Below, piece by piece: positions 27,023-36,681 of a DNA stretch of 64,000 bases. The position numbers were made by a program, and so were the translations under genes. The stretch is from IMG/VR virus record IMGVR_UViG_3300042484_002457, positions 62,001 through 126,000 of that record. One strand, 5' to 3'. Below the pieces are notes generated by a model that saw only the letters and a list, made by a program, of their open reading frames with translations, was not told the origin of the DNA and ran no database searches. Each line of letters opens with the position of its first letter. Position 1 is the first letter of the stretch.

Positions 27023-27375
27023 AATGGTTTGCCGAAACAACTGACTACAAGGACAAGGTTCCCAACGGCATCTACTTGCTGGATGACAGCAAGACCAAAA
27101 TGTATGCGTTCAAGCCCCGTGGCACAGACGACATCAAAACGTTCAAAAACTTTATCCGCATTGACACCCGTGGTCGCAAGTTTGTTGTGAACCCTGTGCA
27201 GTTCGAAACCAAGGTCAAAGAGCCAGAGCCCGAAGGTCGCTCATGGACAGTGAAAGGTAGCAAAGGCGATGAATACACAATCACAGAACTCAACGGTAAT
27301 CTCTCTTGCACCTGTTCAGGATTTAAGTTTAGAGGAAAATGCAAGCACGCCGAAAGTGTATCAGTGGCAGTATAA
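27019..27375 (+). CDS. SWIM zinc-finger protein
   Basis: CTC-x7-CKH. Confidence 0.8.
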   Translation: MKWFAETTDYKDKVPNGIYLLDDSKTKMYAFKPRGTDDIKTFKNFIRIDTRGRKFVVNPVQFETKVKEPEPEGRSWTVKGSKGDEYTITELNGNLSCTCSGFKFRGKCKHAESVSVAV

Positions 27376-27529
27376 CGGCCGAGCACCTTGGTCAGAGATT
27401 GTGCATTGGTGCTACAAGAATCTTTACCACGGCGGACACTATGAACCCAACTGGCGCACCAACGGTTATGAAACCATTTGGTTCACAGACCCCAAAGAGT
27501 ATACTGCATTCCTGTTGAGGTGGTCATGA
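27356..27529 (+). CDS. F.D...F.L.W family microprotein
   Basis: Ends WFTDPKEYTAFLLRWS; GTG start inferred. Confidence 0.6.
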   Translation: MYQWQYNGRAPWSEIVHWCYKNLYHGGHYEPNWRTNGYETIWFTDPKEYTAFLLRWS

Positions 27530-27702
27530 CGGAAACTGAATTGATTGAAATAACAGTGGGTGCCTGGGGCAACAATCTCAAAGAAATAGTGGATTGGGCA
27601 CTAGAGAGATTCAGCGATCGCGTTGAGCCACACGATACTTTGCCAATTTTGTATTTCCGTGACCAAGCAGATGCTACATTTTTCGTGATGCGATGGTCGT
27701 GA
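27526..27702 (+). CDS. F.D...F.L.W family microprotein
   Basis: Ends YFRDQADATFFVMRWS. Confidence 0.6.
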   Translation: MTETELIEITVGAWGNNLKEIVDWALERFSDRVEPHDTLPILYFRDQADATFFVMRWS

Positions 27703-27727
27703 AAAAGCCCCTTGCGGGGCCTTTTTT
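27702..27727. terminator. Bidirectional terminator, inverted copy of the GCCCC-GCAA-GGGGC hairpin
   Basis: aaaaagccccttgcggggccttttt between convergent genes. Confidence 0.88.
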
Positions 27728-28026
27728 CAAATGTCTTCAATTTCTACACTTATGATATTCAAATCGTACAATTCGGATGAGCTAAAAAGGAAATCGCGCC
27801 ATTCTTCAGCAGCGGCCTGATCTACCCAATGCCGGGTGGCAGTAAAAAGCACGTACTCGTTGCTAACTCCGCCCCACTCAAAGTTATAAAGCACTTTACC
27901 TTTTCCGTCAGTTTTTCCAGCCGCAAATAGATCGCTTATTTCTCCATCCGCTGCAATCCGATATGGGGTCATGCTCATCGCCATAGTGGGGTATGTTGCA
28001 ACAGTCTTCTTGGTCATTGTGGTCAT
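27727..28026 (-). CDS. Hypothetical late protein
   Basis: AAGGA RBS; TATAAATA at 28045-28052. Confidence 0.65.
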   Translation of the reverse strand: MTTMTKKTVATYPTMAMSMTPYRIAADGEISDLFAAGKTDGKGKVLYNFEWGGVSNEYVLFTATRHWVDQAAAEEWRDFLFSSSELYDLNIISVEIEDI

Positions 28027-28054
28027 GATAAAATTCCTTTGTTGTATTTATATC

Positions 28055-28486
28055 TTACTTGTAGATATAGTTAATGGTGTCGTTGTTTTCTCGATAAACA
28101 CCGGCACCATTCTTGAGATGGAAGCGTCGAGCCATGTCAGTCTTGGGACTCAAGGTCACATAGGTCTGAATACCAGGAAACTCAGCCTCAATTGACTTTT
28201 GGGCTTCTTGAATCAGTTCGCGTCCTGCCCCTGCTGTATAACTCCAAATAGTATAAAATACCGCAGTTGTGGCACTCTCAACCAGGTCCACCAAGTCATC
28301 CACAGCAGCAGGAATTGAGCTCAAAAACTTAACACAGGTCACTGCCTGTGTTTTGTCCCCGTCCTTGAGCATGTAAATTCGGCTGTTAGAGTTGACTCGT
28401 TGAGCTACAGGAATTTCGGGACGAACAGGGTCGTCCCGAATAATAGTTTCTAATTCGTCAGTGATGGTAGTGATGGTCTGCAACAT
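28055..28486 (-). CDS. GNAT-fold-like protein
   Basis: AVFYTIWSY...GAGRELI...ARRFHLKNGA; GGAGAG RBS; TATAAATA at 28510-28517. Confidence 0.5.
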   Translation of the reverse strand: MLQTITTITDELETIIRDDPVRPEIPVAQRVNSNSRIYMLKDGDKTQAVTCVKFLSSIPAAVDDLVDLVESATTAVFYTIWSYTAGAGRELIQEAQKSIEAEFPGIQTYVTLSPKTDMARRFHLKNGAGVYRENNDTINYIYK

Positions 28487-28656
28487 GTTACGCTCTCCAA
28501 TTGCAACCTTATTTATATCTGTGTATATTAAAATTTTGTGACAATAGGCAAACTTTGTCAAAATACTTGACCAATAAGTGTTGCAACAACAATCAATAAC
28601 CAGTACAATAGTCACATGCTGTAGACAACAGCATCTTTTTAACTTAGGAGATTATT

Positions 28657-28923
28657 ATGCGTTTCAATGAAGATACCAAAACTTTCAAACTGTTCACAGC
28701 CTTGCGCACTGGCGAAGCTATCACTCCCGCTACTGCTGCCAAGCGGTTTGGCATCAAGAACATGAGTGCTGAAGTTAGCCGTGTTCGTGCTGGCGGTTTT
28801 GCAGTTTATAGTAACACCCGTGTGGCTGGCAACGGCGTGCGTGTGACCGAGTACCAAATGGGCAAGCCATCGCGAAAAATTATCGCTGCTGGTTATCGCG
28901 CTATGGCACTTGGTCTTGCTTGA
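28657..28923 (+). CDS. Winged-HTH-like protein
   Basis: L.TG..IT...A.KRFGI.N.SA.VS.VR..GF; AGGAGA RBS. Confidence 0.6.
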   Translation: MRFNEDTKTFKLFTALRTGEAITPATAAKRFGIKNMSAEVSRVRAGGFAVYSNTRVAGNGVRVTEYQMGKPSRKIIAAGYRAMALGLA

Positions 28924-28941
28924 TAAGTAGTTAGTACTACA

Positions 28942-28968
28942 AAGAAGCCCGCCATTGGCGGGCTTCTT
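28942..28968 (+). terminator. Stem-loop terminator followed by a sigma70 promoter
   Basis: aagaagcccgcc-att-ggcgggcttctt, then TTGACC...TATAAT. Confidence 0.8.
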
Positions 28969-29017
28969 CTTGACCATTTATACAAGACACTGTATAATAC
29001 ACATGTAAAGGAAAACC

Positions 29018-29470
29018 ATGTTGTTAAAACTGCTGGAAAAAATGGGTCGAAAACGCATTGTTTATGATCGCGTGGACAACGAGCCCTACCTGGAACGCTA
29101 TTACTTGTTTCTCAAGGAGCGAGAGCGTTTCCCATTCAACGTGTTCTTGCACAAGTTTTTGAAATCTGACCCTGATGATGTGCATGACCATCCTTGGCCT
29201 TTTGCTACCTTGATTCTACGAGGTGGCTACTGGGAGTGGCGTCCTCAGTTCAATTCACAAGGTGAAAAAATTGGTGAAGTTGCCAAATGGTGCGGCCCCG
29301 GTAGCTTTAGAACTGCTCGAGCCACCACATACCACCGCATTGAACTGGACCCTGCTGTGACTTGCTGGACCTTGTTTATGCCTGGGCCCAAACAACGAGA
29401 CTGGGGCTTCTTGGTTCGCAACGTGTGGATACAGTGGGAACAGTATTTGAAACAAAGGAAAGCAACATGA
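29018..29470 (+). CDS. Cupin-like protein
   Basis: LHKF...HDHPW...GGY.E...HRIEL. Confidence 0.7.
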   Translation: MLLKLLEKMGRKRIVYDRVDNEPYLERYYLFLKERERFPFNVFLHKFLKSDPDDVHDHPWPFATLILRGGYWEWRPQFNSQGEKIGEVAKWCGPGSFRTARATTYHRIELDPAVTCWTLFMPGPKQRDWGFLVRNVWIQWEQYLKQRKAT

Positions 29471-29763
29471 ATTGGCTAAAACTAAAACTTCGAGACTGGA
29501 TCAACAGTGCTCATGATATTGATGCGCCCGAGCAGGTCTATGCCACTAGCCCAAGCAATCGATTGATAGCTCGCAGTGACATAGACAGCGAAGACGGGCT
29601 AAGTATCACTGTGCGATCAGCTGTGGGTGGGCGCATTGTGACATTCCGACATTATGACCGTAAAACAGACCGCACCAATCATCGCCTGTACATTGTGCCT
29701 GAAGACCAGGACTTTGAACGCGAACTGGGCAAAATGATCACATTGGAAAGCATGCGAGGTTGA
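29467..29763 (+). CDS. Hypothetical protein
   Basis: ATGA-coupled. Confidence 0.7.
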   Translation: MNWLKLKLRDWINSAHDIDAPEQVYATSPSNRLIARSDIDSEDGLSITVRSAVGGRIVTFRHYDRKTDRTNHRLYIVPEDQDFERELGKMITLESMRG

Positions 29764-29765
29764 AC

Positions 29766-30152
29766 ATGGAACTTGTTGTTGAGTTTGTGCTTTGGATAAT
29801 GCAGATTGCATTTTGGTACATGATATTCACGGCGGTGTTCAACTTGATCAGGCTCAAATTCTATCAGCCCCGTGATCAAGAGCTTGTTCGCATCATCAAC
29901 GATTTGGAATCTGAACAGCTGATTCCCTTGCTGGTTGAGCTTGACCAAAATACCTATTTCTGTTATAATTGCTTGACTGAAGAGTTTGTTTGCCAGGGAC
30001 AAGACGCCAAAGAAATTCTTACCAGATTCAAACAGCGGTTTCCCGGAAGATATTGCTCATTGAGTCAGGGCCCGGCCGAAGTACTGGACGTACTCAAACA
30101 GCAACTAAAGGAATTTAATGAAAGTAGCAGTAGCATCAGATCTCCATCTTGA
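29766..30152 (+). CDS. Membrane-anchored hypothetical protein
   Basis: N-terminal TM helix. Confidence 0.6.
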   Translation: MELVVEFVLWIMQIAFWYMIFTAVFNLIRLKFYQPRDQELVRIINDLESEQLIPLLVELDQNTYFCYNCLTEEFVCQGQDAKEILTRFKQRFPGRYCSLSQGPAEVLDVLKQQLKEFNESSSSIRSPS

Positions 30153-31041
30153 ATTTGGAGACTTGGATTTTGACAACACTGACCACGCTGACGTTTTAAT
30201 ACTCAGCGGTGATATCTTTGTGGCTCGTGATCTTGCACAGCGAGATCCGTACGGTGTCATGGGCCTTGAATATCGCAGCAATCGATATCATGATTTCATG
30301 CAGCGATGTTCCGAACGTTTCCCACATGTGATCTTGATTGCCGGCAACCACGAACACTACAATGGCGACTTTGCCAAAACAGTGGCACACATCAAAGACG
30401 TGCTGGGGTATTTGAAGAATGTGCATGTGCTGGAGAAAGAAAGTGTTGAGATTAACGGTGTGACCTTTGTGGGCGCTACACTGTGGACCGACATGAACCG
30501 TGAGGATCCTGAAACCCTGGGTCGAATCAAACAGTACATGAACGACTACCGTATCATTGAAAACAGTGCTGACCCTGTGAGCTTTCGCAAAACTCTGCCA
30601 CGTGACAAGCCAGTGGGCATGACCGATGATGAGTGGTTGAGCTTGCCTGCAGAGGATCGCACACGAGTTGAGTTTGGTACTCGTACTGGAAAGTTTAGCC
30701 CTTTGGCCAGTGTGGCCGATCACAAGGCCGCACTGGCATTTATTCAACAAACTGTGGACGCAGATCCTGCCAAGCCGTTTGTTGTTGTAGGGCATCACTC
30801 GCCTAGCCGCCGCAGTACCAAGCCACAGTATGCCAAAGATGTGCATGTGAACGGTGCCTACAGTTCAGACCTTGAGGACTTTATTCAAGCAAGACCTCAA
30901 ATTCGACTGTGGACACACGGGCACACACACCATGGTTTTGATTACCTGGTAGGAGAGACTCGCGTGGTTTGTAACCCACGCGGATATATTGGACACGAAC
31001 CTGAGGCAAGTGAATGGCAACTACAAACAGTAACAGTTTAA
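30118..31041 (+). CDS. Calcineurin-like metallophosphoesterase
   Basis: DLH, GD, GNHE, HH, HGHTH, NPRGY. Confidence 0.92.
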   Translation: MKVAVASDLHLEFGDLDFDNTDHADVLILSGDIFVARDLAQRDPYGVMGLEYRSNRYHDFMQRCSERFPHVILIAGNHEHYNGDFAKTVAHIKDVLGYLKNVHVLEKESVEINGVTFVGATLWTDMNREDPETLGRIKQYMNDYRIIENSADPVSFRKTLPRDKPVGMTDDEWLSLPAEDRTRVEFGTRTGKFSPLASVADHKAALAFIQQTVDADPAKPFVVVGHHSPSRRSTKPQYAKDVHVNGAYSSDLEDFIQARPQIRLWTHGHTHHGFDYLVGETRVVCNPRGYIGHEPEASEWQLQTVTV

Positions 31042-31265
31042 CGCATTCTGAAAACCCAGCAATCGGTGTCCGCGGATTCCTAATTCGCGGACTTGGAGAT
31101 ACATTTTGGTTTAGAGTTTATCACCCTGACAAAGAATTCACTGACTATGATATCACACATCATGATTGTGAGATTGTGATCATTGACCCTAGTGCAGCAT
31201 TGATCAGTAATGATGCTGGGGACTTTTTGGATTACACTACAGAGAGCATGCAAATTGTCAAGTGA
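31014..31265 (+). CDS. Hypothetical protein
   Basis: FRVY...FTDYDI.H.D. Confidence 0.6.
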   Translation: MATTNSNSLTHSENPAIGVRGFLIRGLGDTFWFRVYHPDKEFTDYDITHHDCEIVIIDPSAALISNDAGDFLDYTTESMQIVK

Positions 31266-31458
31266 TCGCAATTACCAAAAGATCACACTGAGCCGCCATC
31301 AGATTGAGCGTCTTGCAGTGTTTCTGGCCTTGCAACAAAATGTAAAAAGTGTTACAATAGAAGAAACAAACGAATCAGGCATTGGTGCAAGCCACGCCGC
31401 GATTTATCATGGGCATGATGACCTTGTGGATGACATAACAGACGTAGGAAATTGGTAA
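31255..31458 (+). CDS. Hypothetical protein, start uncertain
   Basis: SGIG...DITDV..W; fills the operon gap. Confidence 0.55.
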   Translation: MSSDRNYQKITLSRHQIERLAVFLALQQNVKSVTIEETNESGIGASHAAIYHGHDDLVDDITDVGNW

Positions 31459-32204
31459 TGAAAATATATCTCAGCAAACCTCGTGATCATTGGATCTCAC
31501 CATACACCATGTTGGACTACATGTTCTGGTGGACCGACTGGAGCAAATGCAGTCGAGACAAGAGCCTGCAACGCACTCTAGACGACATTGAAGCAGTCAA
31601 AGCCGGTGGCAAAAGTTCCTATGTAGAGCGCCCCGAGTGGGTAGAAAAAGCCAGCGACTATCTTGTGCCCGTTAGCCAAGCTATTGCCTGGGTATGGGAT
31701 CGAGTGCATCCTGAAATCAAGATCGTCAAGATTGATCGTTGGGATACCTGGAGCATGGACCATACCTTGGCGCACATTATTTTGCCCATGCTGAAACAAC
31801 TGAAAGAAAAACAACACGGCGCTGGCTTTGTGGATGATAAAGATGTGCCCGAAGGCCTTGGTCTACGCAGCACCGAAGCAGCCCCCAAAGAAAACGAGTG
31901 GGACACTGACAGCAACCATTTTGCTCGTTGGGAGTGGGTCATAAATGAAATGATCTTTGCATTTGAATGCAAGGTAGATGACTCATGGCAAGATGTTTTC
32001 CGTGAAGGCGAACATGACATTGTTTGGATTCCTGTAGACAAAAACGGTAATGAAGTGCCCAAGGGCGAGCACAAGTACTACCAAATGGACCGTGGTCCCA
32101 AAGACACTTACAAGTGCGATTATGATGGTATGAAAATGGTAGAAGAGCGTATTCAAAACGGCTTCCGACTATTTGGCCGATATTATCAAAATCTCTGGGA
32201 TTGA
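31458..32204 (+). CDS. Phage hypothetical protein
   Basis: DRWDTWSMDHTLA.II.PMLKQL...GFRLFGRYY.NLWD. Confidence 0.75.
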   Translation: MKIYLSKPRDHWISPYTMLDYMFWWTDWSKCSRDKSLQRTLDDIEAVKAGGKSSYVERPEWVEKASDYLVPVSQAIAWVWDRVHPEIKIVKIDRWDTWSMDHTLAHIILPMLKQLKEKQHGAGFVDDKDVPEGLGLRSTEAAPKENEWDTDSNHFARWEWVINEMIFAFECKVDDSWQDVFREGEHDIVWIPVDKNGNEVPKGEHKYYQMDRGPKDTYKCDYDGMKMVEERIQNGFRLFGRYYQNLWD

Positions 32205-32234
32205 CCATTAACTCAACTGGTGTTACAATAGCCT

Positions 32235-32927
32235 ATGACTACTCAAGACTTGACAATAGACTGGGACGACTTCAAAGCTGTGTTCAAATCCACAGACCCT
32301 GAACCGGACATGACGTTTGCTGATGACCCGGTGGCCCTGGCCTGGGCTGCTTATCGTGTGTACTTGACAACCCCAGCACTGCGATGGATTGACTTTGCGG
32401 ATGTCGAAGTTACTGAGCAAGATCGTGTGCAGGCCCAGGAGATTCGCAGTTACTACACTGGTCGCATCTTGATGGATGCTATGAAGTCCAAAAACCCCAT
32501 GAGTGAGTTTAGAAAAAAACTGTATGGCTTGTTGATCGGTGGGACTGGACTCAAGAAAAAAGACATTGGCTTGCTGTATCGACTGCCGTATTTTTATGTG
32601 GAAGACACTGACCTGGACCAAGTGATTGCACAAACCCAGTCAGCATCTGTAATGTTTGGTACTGCGATAGCAGGCACATTTACCTTGATCAAGCGAATCT
32701 TGGTGAGTCGACGCTCTGGGGACTATGTGCATTTTTGGCTACGACACCACAAGCGATCTGAGCCGTTCTTGATCGTGGTCAAGACAGACAATCCCTTGTT
32801 GAGTTTGCTGACCGGCATCTTGGAAAAACCAGTACAGTTGAGCGCAACAGCGCACCTCAAACGTCACCGCGGATATCACCGCAACAGATATTTTCACCAG
32901 CTGGGCAACGTTGAGCTGGTAAATTAA
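32235..32927 (+). CDS. Hypothetical protein
   Basis: Promoter TTGACC...TACAAT just upstream; near-leaderless. Confidence 0.7.
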   Translation: MTTQDLTIDWDDFKAVFKSTDPEPDMTFADDPVALAWAAYRVYLTTPALRWIDFADVEVTEQDRVQAQEIRSYYTGRILMDAMKSKNPMSEFRKKLYGLLIGGTGLKKKDIGLLYRLPYFYVEDTDLDQVIAQTQSASVMFGTAIAGTFTLIKRILVSRRSGDYVHFWLRHHKRSEPFLIVVKTDNPLLSLLTGILEKPVQLSATAHLKRHRGYHRNRYFHQLGNVELVN

Positions 32928-32943
32928 TTTAAAGAAGGAAACC

Positions 32944-34050
32944 ATGAGCTATCTATTTACGTCAGAATCTGTGAGTGAAGGACATCCGGACAAAGTGGCT
33001 GATGCCATTAGCGATGCCATTCTTGACATTGTGATGAGCAAGCAAGATACTGCATTGCGATGCGCATGCGAGACATTGGTCACAACCAATCGAGTGGTTG
33101 TAGCAGGAGAATACAAGGGTATCTTGCACCAAGCCGAAGTAGACAGTGCTGTGCGCCGAGTTGTACGAGATATTGGTTATGAACAGGCTGGGTTTGATTG
33201 GCGCACACTAGAAATCACAAACTTGCTACACGGTCAAAGCGCAGACATTGCCATGGGCACTGACACGTTTGGCGCAGGTGACCAAGGTTTGATGTTTGGG
33301 TATGCCTGCAACGAGACTGACAACTACATGCCCAGCGCAATTTATTGGAGTCATCGCATTGTTGAACATCTTACGCAACTGAGAAAAGCAGGCCAAGGTG
33401 CACATATTGGTCTGGGACCTGACGCCAAGAGTCAAGTAACTTTTGAATACAACAATGACGGCACACCCCAGCGCATTGCCAAAGTTGTTTGCAGTACCCA
33501 GCATGGTGACACCGCAGATATTGCAACTGTACGTCAAGAAGTTGAGCAATTTATTCGAGACATTTTGCCCAAAGAATATGTGGATAATACTACTGAGTTT
33601 TTCATCAATCCTACTGGTCGCTTTGTTATTGGTGGACCTGATGGCGACACTGGACTCACCGGAAGAAAGATTATCGTTGATACTTACGGTGGTTATAGCC
33701 CTCATGGTGGCGGCGCTTTTAGTGGTAAAGATCCTACCAAAGTAGATCGTAGTGCCGCTTACATGATGCGCTACATTGCCAAGAACATTGTGGCATCTGG
33801 TCGAGCGCCCTGGGCAACCTGTCAGATCAGTTACGCAATTGGCATGAAAGACCCCATGAGTTTCTATGTTGAATGTGAGGACCGAGAACTGGCAAGGGCA
33901 TTGACTGCAACCATACCCACCATGGTTGATCTAACGCCAATGGGAATTATCAAACATTTTGATTTGTTCCGTCCAATCTACAGTACCACCACCAACTACG
34001 GACACTTTGGTAAATCCAACCTGCCTTGGGAAAAAATTGATTTATTTTAA
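32944..34050 (+). CDS. metK: S-adenosylmethionine synthetase
   Basis: FTSESVSEGHPDK, GAGDQG, GGGAFSGKDPTKVDRS. Confidence 0.98.
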   Translation: MSYLFTSESVSEGHPDKVADAISDAILDIVMSKQDTALRCACETLVTTNRVVVAGEYKGILHQAEVDSAVRRVVRDIGYEQAGFDWRTLEITNLLHGQSADIAMGTDTFGAGDQGLMFGYACNETDNYMPSAIYWSHRIVEHLTQLRKAGQGAHIGLGPDAKSQVTFEYNNDGTPQRIAKVVCSTQHGDTADIATVRQEVEQFIRDILPKEYVDNTTEFFINPTGRFVIGGPDGDTGLTGRKIIVDTYGGYSPHGGGAFSGKDPTKVDRSAAYMMRYIAKNIVASGRAPWATCQISYAIGMKDPMSFYVECEDRELARALTATIPTMVDLTPMGIIKHFDLFRPIYSTTTNYGHFGKSNLPWEKIDLF

Positions 34051-34066
34051 TACCGGCGGCGGCATT

Positions 34067-34300
34067 GTGAGTGTGTTGACTGCACTTGGTTCCACCAAGT
34101 TGCATCGCCTAAGTCGCATTACACAATCCGAGTATCAGCAGTGGCGCCGAGAGTTCTGTTTTGACGCATTAAAAAATATGCGTTATGGGCAGAGCTTTTG
34201 CAATCACTTCAACATCACCGATCATAGAATTTTTTATGACAGCGATGTTGAACGTTGCGATCAGTTGATTGTGCGTGACTGGGTCAATGCGGCAAATTAA
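34067..34300 (+). CDS. Hypothetical protein
   Basis: RYGQSFCNHF; GTG start inferred. Confidence 0.55.
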   Translation: MSVLTALGSTKLHRLSRITQSEYQQWRREFCFDALKNMRYGQSFCNHFNITDHRIFYDSDVERCDQLIVRDWVNAAN

Positions 34301-34523
34301 TTTGCCGCACCTGACTCCTGATGATGGCATCAGACTCAAGAATCAACTGATTGCTGCAGGGCTCAAACAGGGTGAAGATTTTGTTTGGGCATATCGACAG
34401 GCCAACTACAACAACGATGGTTATGAAGCGGTAACGCCAAGAACAGTGACATTTGAATTTGCAGATCACAAACTGGCAACCTTTTACAAACTCAAATGGT
34501 CCAACAGCACAGCATCAAATTGA
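34287..34523 (+). CDS. F.D...F.L.W family microprotein
   Basis: FEFADHKLATFYKLKWS. Confidence 0.65.
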   Translation: MRQINLPHLTPDDGIRLKNQLIAAGLKQGEDFVWAYRQANYNNDGYEAVTPRTVTFEFADHKLATFYKLKWSNSTASN

Positions 34524-34558
34524 TTTGGTGCACACGAGAAAACTGATAATTACAGTTG

Positions 34559-34798
34559 ATGAACCTAGCCACCATACCAGACTACCTGATTCGTAGCAAG
34601 GAAAGCTTTTCCTATGCCAAGGAAATTTCTAGACCTTTTGGCGGCATTGATGCAGTAATTGCCTGGTGCAAATCTGAACTGCTGTCTGAGTGGCGCTGGC
34701 AAATGGTTGAAATGAGCTCAGACATACGCCCTGGTCGTTATATATTTTATTTTGATTCTGAGCGAGATTGTGTTGCTTTTTTGCTACACTGGCAATAA
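34559..34798 (+). CDS. F.D...F.L.W family microprotein
   Basis: AWC...FYFDSERDCVAFLLHWQ. Confidence 0.65.
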   Translation: MNLATIPDYLIRSKESFSYAKEISRPFGGIDAVIAWCKSELLSEWRWQMVEMSSDIRPGRYIFYFDSERDCVAFLLHWQ

Positions 34799-34856
34799 GA
34801 CTTGACAAAAAATCACAGTTGTTATAAAATTACTCTATAAATTTACTGGAGTTGTA

Positions 34857-35081
34857 ATGTCCTTGCAGATTACCAATCTTACGCAGCATCAGGTCGACCT
34901 ACTCAATGCCATGTGGGATATCAAAGAAGAATCTGAATATTTTGACTGGTACAAGAGTCTTGATCACGATACCCAACTTGAAGTAGAAAGTTTGCAAGCA
35001 CTAATAATCTTGGAATCGGTAGATCAGATGTTGAGTGACTTGAGCGTGGCTCGCAAAGTACTGAAAAAATTCATGCTATGA
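34857..35081 (+). CDS. Hypothetical protein
   Basis: GGAG RBS; promoter upstream. Confidence 0.7.
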   Translation: MSLQITNLTQHQVDLLNAMWDIKEESEYFDWYKSLDHDTQLEVESLQALIILESVDQMLSDLSVARKVLKKFML

Positions 35082-35428
35082 ACGAAATGGACCAAGAAGA
35101 TAGCCGCTTGGGCATATTTGCCATCATGTGGGACTACTACGGACTTGAAGCTGTGGCACGGATTCCTGATCCCGCAGACACCACCTTTGCACTGCTAAAA
35201 GGCGTTGAGCCACCAAAAGGGCCTAATATCAACCACTGGTCGCTGAGGGCACGATTCAACCCCCAGCGCAACTACGAAATCTACATCATCACTGCCACAC
35301 CAGGTATTAGCGAACATGACATTCGCGAGATGTTTGAAAACAACCCACAAAGTGCTGCCGACACAATTCGACGCATTGGGCAAAAGTACCACAGTGATCG
35401 AGACACGAAAGAAAGAGCAATTCGGTAA
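35078..35428 (+). CDS. Hypothetical protein
   Basis: MWD.YGLEA...LRARFNPQR.YEIY. Confidence 0.7.
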   Translation: MNEMDQEDSRLGIFAIMWDYYGLEAVARIPDPADTTFALLKGVEPPKGPNINHWSLRARFNPQRNYEIYIITATPGISEHDIREMFENNPQSAADTIRRIGQKYHSDRDTKERAIR

Positions 35429-35532
35429 AATAGAGGTTGATCAATAAATCTCTATTTGCTATACTTTGTTCTGTGTTAGCAATTAACACATTTTTAACTT
35501 AACAGAGACGCTAGACGTCGAAAGGAAAAATT

Positions 35533-35787
35533 ATGCATTCAATTGCACTTGCTGTCAACCACGACACAAAAGAGTTCGCGATCACTATCCGTCATTTGGA
35601 GGCTTCTCACTTCAAAAAAGTTGGACCAAACTCCTGGGTTGATTCAGCATACCCAAACAAGGAGTTTTTTGTGGTTCTACAAGCCGAGCGTTCACGTGCC
35701 GAATTTGTTGCACACTCTCAAAGTTTCCTGCTACAATCAAATGGTTACACATCTGTAACTGTGAAAGGAAACTTCAATGATGAATAA
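35533..35787 (+). CDS. Hypothetical protein
   Basis: AAGGA RBS; promoter near 35438-35466. Confidence 0.6.
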   Translation: MHSIALAVNHDTKEFAITIRHLEASHFKKVGPNSWVDSAYPNKEFFVVLQAERSRAEFVAHSQSFLLQSNGYTSVTVKGNFNDE

Positions 35788-36547
35788 TCATCAACACCGC
35801 GCTCTTGACGTAGAGCTACAACGACAACGCTATGGCGAGAACTCTGAGCTACTGAAAGGCTTGGGGTACAACACCGACGTCATGAACATCCGTCGCATGT
35901 CCAAGGACATTGCTACAGGTGATACTTGGCGTTACATGGAATCCAAAGATCTAGAAGACCTTAAGGATTGTGTAACTGACTACGACTTGTATGAGTGGAC
36001 AGTCAACTCACAACTTGACTCTGCCTTGCTTGAAATAGGACAGATACTTGAGTTTGGTACCGCAACTGGCCGTACACTGAACCAATTTGCATACTGGTTA
36101 CCAAACAAAACTATCTATGGCTTTGACAGTTGGCAAGGATTGCCTGAGAAGTTCAACGACTTGCCTGCAGGACATTTTGCACAACCACTGCCTGAGATAG
36201 CAACAAACTGCCGACTGGTACAAGGCTGGTTTGGTTCAAGACCTGCACAAGACCAATCAGGTATTGCAGAATTCACAACGCAGACATTTGCAGCCGCACA
36301 CCCGGAACCCATTGCACTTTTGCACTTGGATGCTGACCTGTACTCCAGCACAAAAACAGTGTTGAATGCGTTTGCCAAACACATTGTCTCTGGCACAGTG
36401 ATCTTGTTCAACGAGTATTGGAACCATCCAACTTGGAAGAAACACGAGTTCAAGGCCTGGCAAGAGCATTGTGCTACACACAATATCAGGTATGAATACA
36501 TTGGTTATGCTAGCGACCATCAAGAAGTCGCTGTAAGAGTGTTGTAA
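35777..36547 (+). CDS. Class I SAM-dependent methyltransferase, TylF/MycF-like
   Basis: LEFGTATG, GFDSWQGLP, LHLDADLYSST. Confidence 0.85.
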   Translation: MMNNHQHRALDVELQRQRYGENSELLKGLGYNTDVMNIRRMSKDIATGDTWRYMESKDLEDLKDCVTDYDLYEWTVNSQLDSALLEIGQILEFGTATGRTLNQFAYWLPNKTIYGFDSWQGLPEKFNDLPAGHFAQPLPEIATNCRLVQGWFGSRPAQDQSGIAEFTTQTFAAAHPEPIALLHLDADLYSSTKTVLNAFAKHIVSGTVILFNEYWNHPTWKKHEFKAWQEHCATHNIRYEYIGYASDHQEVAVRVL

Positions 36548-36681
36548 AAATACAACAACAAAAGACTTGACCAATAAACCAATCTCTAGTATACTAGAGA
36601 CTGTTTAGCAATAATGCTAGACAAAACCCAGTATGCCACAAATTTGAAATTGTGGCAACTTACAATTTAAGGAAAAATCTT